Assembly (NCBI GenBank): GCA_951406725.2
Contig: OX597818.1
Span: 44,764,001-44,828,000, forward strand
Reading direction: 5' to 3'
Origin: Octopus vulgaris
Taxonomy: Eukaryota
DNA: 64,000 bases
Numbering within the stretch: position 1 is the stretch's first letter; each line of letters starts with the position of its first letter. The translations under genes were made by a program, and so were the position numbers. The notes beneath the pieces are model-generated. The model was not told where the DNA came from and did not search any database. It worked only from the letters and a program-made list of their open reading frames with translations. Positions 25,236-36,370 of this stretch are shown one piece after another.

Positions 25236-25540
25236 TTATTTACATTATTTATATTTTACAGATATTTGTCCTCATCTTGTTTGTTGTTAACACAATGTTG
25301 TGGCTGATATACCCTCCAGCCTTCATCAGGTATCCTGGGGGAATTTTGAATCTGGGTTCTCATTCTTAAGGTATTTTTCGATGCTATAATAACATCGAAA
25401 AATACCTTATGAATAAGAACCCAGGTTTGAAATTTCCCCAAGACACCTAATGAAGGCAGGAGGGTATATCAGCCACAACATTGTGTTAACAACAAACAAG
25501 ATGAGGACAAATATCCGTCAAATGTAAATAATGTAAATAA
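25236..25540. mobile_element. Fold-back Penelope-like pLTR palindrome with a decayed hammerhead in each arm
   Basis: ~148-bp arms; minus strand of left arm CTGATGA-A-GGCTG-gagggtatat-CAGCC-acaac-att-GTGT. Confidence 0.75.
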
Positions 25541-25544
25541 GGAA

Positions 25545-25720
25545 ACTGTGTGTTGAAACAAATATTCCTGTGTCTGTTATATTTGGGTGAAACAAATATT
25601 GTTATATTTCATATTTTTGCCAATTACTTGGTCTTCACTTCAGCTTTATTATTATTCTTATTTTAAGGTCCCTTGACTGAAATCTTCTGTCACACATCCT
25701 GTGACCTCTTAAGTGACTCT
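25545..25720 (-). mobile_element. Decayed relative of the 32627-32916 pLTR family
   Basis: Shares GTGTGTTGAAACA.ATATT and a GGTCACAGGA(T)GTGTGAC stem. Confidence 0.45.
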
Positions 25721-25860
25721 TCGGAGAGTCTCCACAGTATGTATGATGAAAGATTTGAGACAAAGGGCACTAAAATAATATGAACAGAGCTGAAGTGAAG
25801 ACTAAGTATATAGTGTGTGTGGTTAATTAGCAAAAATATGACCATTGGCAAATATGACCA

Positions 25861-26253
25861 TAGGTGCAGGAGTGGCTGTGTGGTAAGTAGCTTGCTTACC
25901 AAGCACATGGTTCCAGGTTCAGTCCCACTGCGTGGCACCTTGGGCAAGTGTCTTCTACTATAGCCTTGGGCCGATCAAAGCCTTATGAGTGGATTTGGTA
26001 GACGGAAACTGAAAGAAGCCCGTCGTATATATGTATATACATGAGTGTGTGTGTGTTTGTCTCCCCAACATCGCTTGACAGCTGATGCTGGTGTGTTTGC
26101 GTCCCCGTAACTTAGTGGTTCAGCAAAAGAGATCAATAGAATAAGTACTAGGCTTACAAAGAATAAGTCCTGGGGTCGATTTGCTCGACTAAATGCAGTG
26201 CTCCAGCATGGCCACAGTCAAATGACTGAAACAAATAAAAGAGTAAAAAGAGT
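25861..26253 (+). mobile_element. SINE family B
   Basis: Full-length copy. Confidence 0.9.
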
Positions 26254-27720
26254 ATCCCCAAATATAACAGATGATTAATATATTCCCTTAATCTGAGTCT
26301 CAGAGCCATTCAGTGTTGTTCTTTGATGCTTTATGGGATTGAAACACTAGCAGTCTATGAAATGGATGTGCTATCAATCCATCACAAGCAATTCTGTTTC
26401 AGTGGGTGGAGTTGAGTTTAGCTATTTGTGCTAATGGATTATCTTTTTTTTTTACAGTTCAGTTGCAGATTATGTAGGTAAATCATACCATTCTGTCTTA
26501 CCTAATTGCTAAATTGCTTTGTTTGAAGCCCTATTAATAGGTAATGTAAAGCGAGGATGACAAAGGTAGGAAAAGATAAAGTGGAAGACAAGATTCCTCG
26601 TGGTATCTTGTTAACACATTTTTACTTTCTGAACACACACATGTGTGTGTTTGTGCATGTGTGTGTGTATGTGTGAAGATCAATGGAATTTTCTTTATAT
26701 ACATTGCAACTGGGTTGTTGTGTATATATGCATATGTATTTGTGCATATGCATTTGGCTAGTTGCTGTTTCCTAAGTACTTAATATAAATATTTAACACA
26801 AATGTTGTACATCTGTAAGGTATATAGTACAAAAATGTAGGTTATTTGACATTCCAGGTAAGGATGGCCATTAGTTAAATTATTTTCTTTATTTAACTTA
26901 ACTTTATCATATTACCTGAATCTAAATAATTTCTGAAATTTAAACATTTGCGACTACATCCTTTAGACACAGATTCACGTAGTCAAATTTACTGCTAGAC
27001 AAATAAATGGAAAGCTTTCAAGATATCTTTGGAATAGAATGTGTACCTATATTGGCTTACATAGCTGTAATTATTACACAAACTACTTTACAACAATGTG
27101 TATGGCAGAATCAACATATCAGGTGGTGTTCTAATTAGACACTTTCCTCTTCCTCTACTTCTCATCTCCTCTTCCACTCATCTCATCTCCCTATCCAACT
27201 TGGCATTTAGCCAAATAGTACCCCACTCTTCATATTCAAGAGATTTGCAATTGAAACCAGGCAGACAGTTCCTCTTCAAGACACACGTCCTAGTTGTTTA
27301 TCAGGGCACACAGTCAATATCTGATTTGTTTTCTCTTTTTCATTTTTTTTTGTTTTGTTTTTGCTAGTTCTTATTTAAAATCGCTCGAAAATGAAAGAAT
27401 AAAGATAGGTTTTCAGAAATATTTGTTTTGGAATGGAATATGGTTTTCTAATATTATAACAAAATTAGTCAAATTTGCCAACGTTTTATTCCTTGTTATA
27501 AGTAGTTTTTAACATCCTGGAATTTTAACAAATTGAATATATTATGCTGTATTTTTATATCTTCTCGTACATAATCTCTTCTTATATTTGTGTGGAGCAT
27601 GTGTATGTGTAGGGTGTGCACACATACGTGTGTATATATGCATATATATATAAACATATATCTGTGTACGTGTGTGTGTATATATATGTATACATGAATA
27701 TACATATATATATATATATA

Positions 27721-27860
27721 TCTCGGAGTGGTTGGCATTAGGAAGGGCATCCAGCTGTAGAGACTCAGCCAGATCAGACTGGAGTCTGGTTTGCCAGACC
27801 TCAGTCAAATTGTCCAACTCATGCTAGCACGGAGAGCGGACGTTAAACGATGATTATGAT
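27721..27860 (+). mobile_element. Repeat family A, short 3' fragment
   Basis: Conserved 3' end, followed by a (TA/TATC)n tract to ~28075. Confidence 0.8.
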
Positions 27861-29101
27861 CTATATGTATATATCTATATCTATCTATATATCTATATCT
27901 ATATATCTATCTATATATATACATATCTATATATCTATCTATCTATATATATCTATCTATCTATCTATATATATATATCTATCTATCTATATATATATAT
28001 CTATCTATCTATATATATCTATATATCTATCTATATATATATATATATATATCTATATATATATATATATTTATATATTTAGTTGCAGGCATGATTGTAT
28101 GGTAGGAAGCTTGCTTCCCAAACATGATTCCTGGTTCAGTCCCAATGCATGGCAAGTGTCTTTTACTATAGTATTGTGTGCGTGTGTGTGTGTGTCTTGT
28201 GTGTAATCTTGTCTAGACATCATGTGACAGTTGTAGATGAACATCATTATCAGAGGTCATATAATCAGTGTTGTTCAGTTAAAAAAAAAAACCATGTCTG
28301 GCCGTGGAGAAGCATTATCTCTTTGATAACAGTTGAGGTTTGGTAGCAGGAATGGCATCTGGCTGTAGAAAATTCACCTCAATAAACCCCACTCAACCCA
28401 TGCAAGCATGGAAAAGGGAACGTTAAAATGACAGCAATGATGATGATGATGACGATCATCATCATCATAACGATAGTGACGATGATGATAATGATATATA
28501 TATAGGTTGAACTGCACAGAGACACTGTACCTGTCTAGCATAAAAATATCAACTTTGTACTGAATTATATATTGATTTTCAAGCTTAAATTACTATTTTT
28601 TATAATGAAATACAAAATAATTAACATTCTATGTTTAATAATTAATATTTATAAGGCAGAACTATTAGTATGCCAGACAAAATACTTAGAGACATTTCAT
28701 TTGTCTGGTGTTCAAATTCTGCTGTGGTCAGCTTTACCTTTCGTCATTCAGGAGTTGATTAAATAATTACCAGTTGAACACTGGGGTTGATGTAATCGAC
28801 TTATCACCTCCCCCAAAATTGCTGGCCTTGTACCAAAATTTGGAACGAATAATGAATATTTATAATTTTACTTTGAGTAAGCACTGCCACCCCTGCTGCC
28901 TACCAAGACGGCGTGTTTCTTGTAACTATATATTTTTATAATTGCTAACATCGAAATGAACCTATCTACATATGTTTATTTATATTATTTCAGAGAGGGA
29001 TCTTCAAGCTACATAAATATATGTATGCAGGTGATGACTATAATTGTCTAAGCCAACATTTCCCAACCTTTTTGATCATGGATAAGACTTGAAATTCATT
29101 C

Positions 29102-29409
29102 CTGCCTGCTGGAGCCTAAGCGGCAGGTATTTAAAGGGAGAAATTTGACAAGACAGTCAGTCACCGGCTGACACTCGCTGACGATACATCAAAGAGGCCA
29201 GGGAACAGAAGAAAGAAGAAGAAAGAAGACATGCACCCAACACCAGAGCTGAAGACACCTCCGAAAGGGGGTGGGGCGCCACGTCAAAACGGTAGAGGAA
29301 TAGGGGCCGAAACCGGACGTGGTTCCTCTTGATGATGTCTTGAGCTAACTGGATCCTATAAAGGAGCTGTTGTGGTAGCAGACCATGAAACACGGTTGTA
29401 ATTCCTCCT
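29102..29409 (+). mobile_element. Second copy of the 19170-19611 repeat
   Basis: Collinear with 19310-19611. Confidence 0.8.
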
Positions 29410-29856
29410 CTCAAAGAACCTGCATATAAAAATTATATTACTTTATTAATCTGTTTCTTTCTTTCTCATAAAGTTAAATTTCACATGTGGTAAGACACCG
29501 TCAAGAGAACTGAACAATAGAAGGCCTTCAGAGAAGAAACCTCATTCAGGGAAGCGTTTTGGCCTTTAACTTCTTACATGCTAAGGGCATCGGACCACAT
29601 CCAAGTCATGACCCCTGAGTGCCTTTCTGCTGATACTTTTTAGCCACTTCGATACCAGAGATTTGTGCATTTAAATTGTTTGGAGATTTCATCTAGATGT
29701 GACTCTTCTCTCTTGACTCAGCTTTCAAACTTATACTTAAAACGAGATTATATAAATTTGAAAGGTTTCAGGAATTTTCTCTTAACTAAGACTTTGTTTA
29801 GATAAAATTCTCCTGAAATCACATGAATCAGATATTAGGGCAGAGTTTTCTATCAT

Positions 29857-30055
29857 CCTGACTGGCCCTCGTGTCGATGGTAAAGCACCTACTACACTCT
29901 CGGAGTGGTTGGCATTAGGAAGGGCATCCAGCTGTAGAAATTCTGCCAGATCAGATTGGAGTCAGGTGCAGCCATCTGGTTCGCCAGACCTCAGTCAAAT
30001 CGTCCAACCCATGCTAGCATGGAAAGCGGACATTAAACGATGATGATGATGATGA
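29857..30055 (+). mobile_element. Repeat family A
   Basis: Conserved 3' end. Confidence 0.85.
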
Positions 30056-30062
30056 CATGAAT

Positions 30063-30153
30063 CAGTAGGAGGGTGCCAAGGCATGCATGGATGCTGCAGC
30101 TGCGAGTCCGAGCGAAGCCGACTGCGGGTGCAGATCTCGGTGGTAGTAGCAAA
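30063..30153 (+). pseudogene. 28S rRNA fragment (pseudogene)
   Basis: AGTAGGAGGG...GGTGCAGATCTCGGTGGTAGTAGCAAA matches the conserved eukaryotic LSU segment GAGTAGGAGGG...GGTGCAGATCTTGGTGGTAGTAGCAAAT with similar spacing. Confidence 0.8.
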
Positions 30154-30399
30154 CAGTAGGGCAGAATTTTCTACCATTGGATGTTTGTTGTTGCCAACAC
30201 CCATTTATTTCCAAGAGGGGTAATAACAACCTCCTAGACATGTTTGCTTGGAGAACTGGAAACAAACGAAACCATACGATGAACGCTTTGTTTATAAACA
30301 TCATGCAATGCTTCAAGAAGCTTGAATATGCTTTCTTGATGGATTGCAAGCAAACAACACCATAAATGAAGTTATTGTTTACAATCAGTGAGCAAAATA

Positions 30400-30800
30400 C
30401 ATGTAGATGAAGGAAATATCACACAGACACAGGAGATCCAAGAAGACATGGGATGAAGTATTGATGTATGACCTCAGGATGTTGAACCTTTCAGGTGAGA
30501 TGACAAAGGAACTGAGATGCCTGGGGCCTTGCTGTACCCAAGAAGACCTGTATTCCACAAATGGAGTGTTAAGACTGCAAGAGTCCTGTGCTAGCACCAT
30601 GTAAAAAGCATTTGTGGTGGTGCCATGTAAAACTGCCTGTGCAGTTCCATGTAAAAGCACCCAGTAAAGTAGTTGGCATTAGGAAGGGTATTCAGCCATA
30701 GAAATCATGCCAAATCAGATTGGTGCAACTCTCCAGCCAGCTTTGGTCAAGCTGTCCAGCTCATGCCAGCATGGACAATAGACATTAAATGATGATGATA
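30400..30800 (+). mobile_element. RTE-type LINE 3' fragment (ORF2 end plus family A tail)
   Basis: RSKKTWDEVLMYDLRMLNLSGEMTK (GRPxxTW...DL motif) running into the family A tail. Confidence 0.75.
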
Positions 30801-30838
30801 ATATGTATGGGTGTGTATGCATATATATATATATATAT

Positions 30839-31238
30839 GTCACTTTTATTGGGTCATCACAATTGCTTAAGGTAAAAATGAATTCCTCGCTCTTTCGGAA
30901 ACATCAATCTTCTGTATTGACCGCTTTCCACCACTTTGATCTGTTTTTTGTATTGAATACGTATCGCCACCGTGGGCCACTGCATCGAACACTTTGAACA
31001 TATACTTCAAACTATATATCAACTATACATGAACTATATATCAACTATACATGAACTCTAAGATGTCTGACTCCGTTGTGTATTATAAATGAATTTCTTG
31101 TGTTTGACGGCATGAGCTGTCTTTTTTTATATATAACTTTTTTTGATAAGGTTCATTTCAAGAACTGAAACATGTTATAATGTATATATAAAAATTAAAA
31201 ATTGTATAATACAGCAGCATTTTCGAACTTCATTTTTT

Positions 31239-31242
<4 letters not shown>
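30839..31242 (+). mobile_element. Penelope-like pLTR remnant in (TA)n
   Basis: Contains a hammerhead at 31139-31180; 22-bp tandem duplication at ~31011-31056. Confidence 0.6.
31139..31180 (+). ncRNA. Minimal type I hammerhead motif (U3:A8 variant)
   Basis: UUUU-UUGAUAA-GGUUC-auuucaa-GAACU-GAAAC-au-GUU-AUAA; palindromic ACAUGU stem III; weak stem I. Confidence 0.55.
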
Positions 31243-31270
<28 letters not shown>

Positions 31271-31274
<4 letters not shown>

Positions 31275-31695
31275 AAACAAGTCAAAAATAGAAAATGCTA
31301 AGATAATTTTATAGTGAATCTTTCAGTACCGGTTTCGGTCATTTTGAGACCTTTTCAACTGTAACGATTAAATAATTAAATTTAGAAAAATTAGAAGAAA
31401 AGTTTTTTTAAAAGAATATTTCTGTAGTAGTGTTCAGATATAAGTAGCATTCTGCCTTTCTCTGACTCCCTTGTTTGCACGAACACACAAGTGCAAACAA
31501 GGGAGTCAGAGAAAGGCAGAATACTTATATCTGAACACTACTACAGAAATATTCTTTTAAAAAAACTTTTCTTCTAATTTTTCTAAATTTAATTATTTAA
31601 TCGTTACAGTGAAAGGTCTCAAAATGACCGAAACTGGTACTGAAAGATTCACTATAAAATTATCTTAGCATTTTCTATTTTTGACTTGTTTTTTC
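31271..31695. mobile_element. Near-perfect fold-back pLTR palindrome (~205-bp arms) in (TA)n
   Basis: 31271-31480 vs 31491-31695 with only a few small indels and substitutions. Confidence 0.9.
31324..31361 (-). ncRNA. Intact minimal type I hammerhead ribozyme motif (U3:A8 variant)
   Basis: CAG-UUGAAAA-GGUC-ucaaaau-GACC-GAAAC-cg-GUA-CUG; palindromic ACCGGU stem III. Confidence 0.75.
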
Positions 31696-31729
31696 ATATA
31701 TATCAACTCGTGTGTTCCTTTCCACCCTT

Positions 31730-31772
<43 letters not shown>

Positions 31773-31957
31773 TTCAGTAAAAATTTAGATTCAGATGAAT
31801 ATGGTACTTAAGTTGAGGCACCAGAATTTAGTATGGTATTATAGTATACAATTTAAAATAAGATGATTATAATCAAAATAAGCAACAAGGATATTTATAT
31901 ATATATATATATATATATATTGAATCCAAACTGAGGGTATGGAATGGGTGAAATGCA

Positions 31958-32041
31958 AGCTACATATGTTTCCTAGCTAGATGATCTTCTTTTGTAATAA
32001 TTACTCAATTAGGAGTACTCAACTTAGCTAACCATCAGGCC
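31958..32041 (-). ncRNA. Type I hammerhead motif (A9G) in another TA-adjacent repeat
   Basis: GGC-CUGAUGG-UUAGCUA...UAGCUAG-GAAAC-auau-GUA-GCU; palindromic ACAUAUGU. Confidence 0.6.
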
Positions 32042-32626
32042 AAGAATACCTTAATTAAATGAAAGTTACATTGTTGCCTGGAATTTCCAAGTTAACTCAC
32101 AGCAAATATGAATTGAAATGAAAAATGAAGCTGGAAGAATTGTTTGTGAAGCACATTAAATTTTTTGTTTGGTTTGTAAGATTTTTTTATGTGAATGTGT
32201 AGACAGGCTCAAAGCAGACCATGGAGTGAGAAGAGGAGGTCACTAAGTCATAGAAAAGATTGTGAAAAGGGATGTAAGAACCTTGACAAACAGATAACCA
32301 ATGAATTGTTTAACCAGTACATTGAATAAATGATTGATTAGTTAGTTGGTTAGATATTAACTAGCAATAACGAAATGCATGTGTTATTATTTGTGTAATG
32401 ACTCTCGCAAGACAAAACAGACATTAAATTGTTTCCTTGTAAATTAAATAAATTATTGAATAATTAGATATTTTTATTGGGGTTGATTTGCTTTTCCCCA
32501 GTTCAGTAAAAAGAGACAAGATAATTGCCAGATATAAAACTAAGTGCCAGTATCAATTTGTTCAACAAAACCCTTAAAGGTTGTGCCTCAGCTTGGCCAA
32601 AGTCCAATGAGTGAAACAAATAAAAA

Positions 32627-32916
32627 ATATTGCTGTATTTAGGAATGGTCATTTTGCCAGTTTAGCCAATAAAAACACACACACTATATATTTGGTGTTA
32701 CTTTGCTTCAGTGTTATTTATTTTTTACATTAATCTTAATCTTATTTCGGCCAGAGTTCTTTCATCACACTCCTGTGACCGCATCAGTGGCCGAAATAAG
32801 ATTAAGATTAACGTAAAAAATAAATATCACTGAAGCAAAGTAATACCAAATATATAGTGTGTGTGTGTTTTTATTGGCTAAACTGGCAAAATGACCATTC
32901 CTAAATACAACAATAT
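32627..32916. mobile_element. Fold-back palindrome (~127-bp arms) whose loop is a hammerhead-like core
   Basis: Minus strand loop GGCCA-CUGAUGC-GGUCAC-aggagu-GUGAU-GAAA-gaac-UC-UGGCC. Confidence 0.75.
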
Positions 32917-33513
32917 CTGTTTCAACACACGATTTCACATCAAAAATCTTGCAAAACAAATATATAAACGTAAAAAATAAAAAATAAATAGCTTGTCAAA
33001 GGTAATAGTTTCAAATTAGCAAAGCTGAAAACAGGATTTGAAACCCTAAAATAGTGGCTATTACATCCCAGCTGAAGTTGAAAACTTATTAAATTTTATA
33101 GCTCATTTAAGAAAATACATACAATTGTATGTGTTATACATTAGGATAATAATGATAGCAATGATAGTGATAATGTTTAGCATTTATCTTTCAGTTGTTG
33201 CTATCACCATCATTGGCATCATTAATGCCATTGTACTTTTGTATCTTTGTTTCACATTTTTTTTTTTACAACTGTTCTTTACAATCAGGTGTACACTAGA
33301 TTCATCTGCTTGGCTGCATTTGGAACCAATCCAAATACTAAAGGGTACCCGTAGAGCATATACGATAGTCATGTTTGGTGTGCCATTTAAAGTTTCAGAC
33401 ATGTTCCTGTGAATATTTTATTATTTATAAATATTAACTTTGCTTATGTTATACACAATTTGAAGATACATGCTAACATATTCTAATGTGTTTTATATGT
33501 GACTGTATCTGTG

Positions 33514-33547
<34 letters not shown>

Positions 33548-35099
33548 CATGTGTGTGTGAGAGAAAGAGAGAGAGTATGAGTAATTGCAAACTGGAAAAA
33601 TGATTATGTAATGAATATTGCCTGACCAAACTAATCTATACTAGCAAGGAAAGATTATATGTAAAGATGTCATTGACAGTTGTGACGAATTTAGCACTTA
33701 TCTCAGAGGCATATATTTTGGGTGTACTAAATGAGAGTCACATATTTATCAGAAACGGTAAATTTTCCTCAGAATAATTCTGTTTATGCAGTATCAGGAT
33801 ATAATCCAGTCGTAATTTATTTTCAAATCTAATAATACACACTCAGAAACTAAGATTAAGTCAAGCTGAAGTCACATTATGTATAAAAACAGCCCAAATT
33901 TTGTGTTTATTTTCAGAGCAATAAATAGTAAGTTCAGTTCTCAATAGCATACCCTGTGACAACAACCACCATAAACTTCTCACTCTCTCTCTCTTTCTCT
34001 CTCCCTCTCTCTCACACACACACACATGCACACACACACAAAGCCAACCTACTTCAGTGATACTCTCTTATCTCTTTATCATTTATCTGTCTTTCACTCA
34101 CTCACTCTCTCTCCATCCATCCCTCTTTTCACTATACCATGCTACCTGTGTAGTTAGAGATGGCATTGAATCCTATTCGCTGCACTTATACTATCAGTTC
34201 AACAAGAGACAGTATTGGAAGCATCAATGCTCAATATTCCTCATCATCTCCATCACTCGAATTATCTCACCCATCACAAGTTCTATGTAGGTGGGATAGC
34301 ATTATATCTGTTTGCATTAGATTCACCTCGACAATTTATGTCCTATACTGCCAGACATCACCCCCTGTCCCCTAAACTACACAATATTGGCATCTAAGAC
34401 TCTGTCTCTCATTATCACCCATCTGTTTACATTCATCACTCGCTCTCTCTATTTCTCTCCCGCTCTCTGACCAACAAACATGTTGATCTAATCACTGTCA
34501 CTCTTCCATTACTCCTGCCTCTACTACTCTCTCACCTCAATCACTATTTTTTCCACTCTTCTCTTGCTTCCTCCACTCACTCATCTTGGTTCTTCTAAAA
34601 TATTTTTTTTTTATCAGATTACTTGAATAAATATAGATACCTGAGAATCGAGAGGACTTTTTAACTTACAAAGTACAAGACATTAGTGCAGGTGCTATGA
34701 TAAAATGCCCTTTGCAGCACACCCTATATAATGGTTGGCAAATAAAGGATATCAACATAACAGTGAGCAGACCCTTAATCTTGCCAGGAACATAAAACAA
34801 TTTCACTAGTTTCGGTGCTATAGTAACATTTATAAAGTACACACTGTATAATGGTCAGTGTTAAGAAGGACATTGAACTGTAGAATCCAAGCCACAATGA
34901 AACATACAAATGACTAAATTAAGGGGGCTGTAACTCTGAAAAAGAACTGTCTCAGACTGACAATCCATCCAATTCCATGTCAGCATGGAAAGCTGTTGAA
35001 GAATGATGTTTGTTTATTCATACACACATACAGACATTCATACATGTGTGTCTATCTCTTCTGTATTTAACAATTTAAATTCTTCCTCTGAAGCATTTA

Positions 35100-35486
35100 T
35101 CATGCTGGGCGAAATGCTTAGCAGTATTTCGTCAGCCGCTACGTTCTGAGTTCAAATTCTGCTGAGGTCGACTTTGCCTTTCATCCTTTCAGGGTCGATT
35201 AAATAAGTACCAGTTATGCACTGGGGTCGATATAATCGCCTTAATCCATTTGTCTGTCCTTGTTTGTCCTTTCTGTGTGTAACCCCGTGTGGGCAGTAAA
35301 GAAATAGGTATTTCGTTTGTCTTTACATTCAGAGTTCAAATTCCTCCGAGGTCAACTTTGTCTTTCATCCTTTCAGGGTCGATAAATTAAGTACCAGTTA
35401 CACACTGGTGTCGATCTAATCAACTTAATCCCTTTGTCTGTCCTTGTTTGTCTCCTCTATGTTTAGCCCCTTGTGGGCAATAAAGA
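35100..35486 (+). mobile_element. SINE family C, dimeric
   Basis: Two tandem bodies joined at AAAGAAATAGGTATTTCG. Confidence 0.85.
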
Positions 35487-35871
35487 ATTTTTTAAAAATT
35501 CTTCCTCTGAAGAAAGAGCTGGTTTCTGACAAAGATACAAAGCTCCATCTTTGGAATGTAGATAACCTGAGAAAAGTCTTGCATAGTATTACTGTTCCGC
35601 TTACCGAATGTATTTGTAATGTGCTAATCAGTTGGTTGATTTTCCTTTTCTGAAAATCCAAGCTTATCCAGACTGACAGTTAGGCATTTACTTACAAAAC
35701 CAAGTGCTCCAAATATTTTTGGTATAAATGTAAATTTGTAATCCAGATATATTATAGAAATTGGAGGTTCCAAAGCAGTTGTCCATAATTATCTTCTTTC
35801 TCCTTTAAGTATTTACTAACAAAACCTAGTGATCCAATTATTATTGATATGAATATGAATTCATAGTCTGG

Positions 35872-35872
<1 letters not shown>

Positions 35873-35902
<30 letters not shown>

Positions 35903-35946
35903 TGTATGTATGTATGTATGTATGTATGTATGTATGTATGTATGTA

Positions 35947-35984
<38 letters not shown>

Positions 35985-36000
35985 TGTATGTATGTATGTA
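35873..36000. repeat. (TATG)n/(TG)n microsatellite
   Basis: Directly visible. Confidence 0.95.
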
Positions 36001-36136
36001 GGTAATTATTCAGTTTATTGCAAGATTTCTTGCCAATAGAGAAAGAATTAGATTCTAACCTAGATCCAAGGCTCCGTCATTGGAATTTCAGCATGTATGT
36101 ATGTATGTATTATGTAAGTGATATATATATATATCT

Positions 36137-36345
36137 GTGCCGGTGGCATGTAAAAGCACCCACTACACTCTCGGAGTGGTTGGCATTAGGAAGGGCATCC
36201 AGCTGTAGAAACCCTGCCAGATCAAGACTGGAGCTTGGTGCAGCGATCTGGTTCGCCAGCCCACAGTCAAACCATCCAACCCATGCTAGCATGGAAAGCA
36301 GACGTTAAACGACGACGACGACGATGATGATGATGATGATGATGA
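36137..36345 (+). mobile_element. Repeat family A
   Basis: Conserved 3' end. Confidence 0.85.
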
Positions 36346-36370
36346 TATATATATATATATATATATATAT

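Noticed and set aside
26200-26253. SINE B tail AGTCA-AA-TGACT-GAAAC-AA-(G/A)TA resembles a hammerhead 3' half
   Set aside because: No CUGANGA-type core or stem I upstream in any copy; better explained as a LINE-recognition stem-loop.
26912-27066. Possible minus-strand exon ending at CAG|GTAAT
   Set aside because: Stops in the frames I checked, weak pyrimidine tract, no recognisable protein.
29480-29800. Possible L1/Tx1 remnant on the minus strand
   Set aside because: No motif I could identify with confidence.
33289-33412. Plus-strand acceptor-like site followed by a 40-codon frame (CTLDSSAWLHLEPIQ...)
   Set aside because: No recognisable homology, no clear donor, no partner exons.
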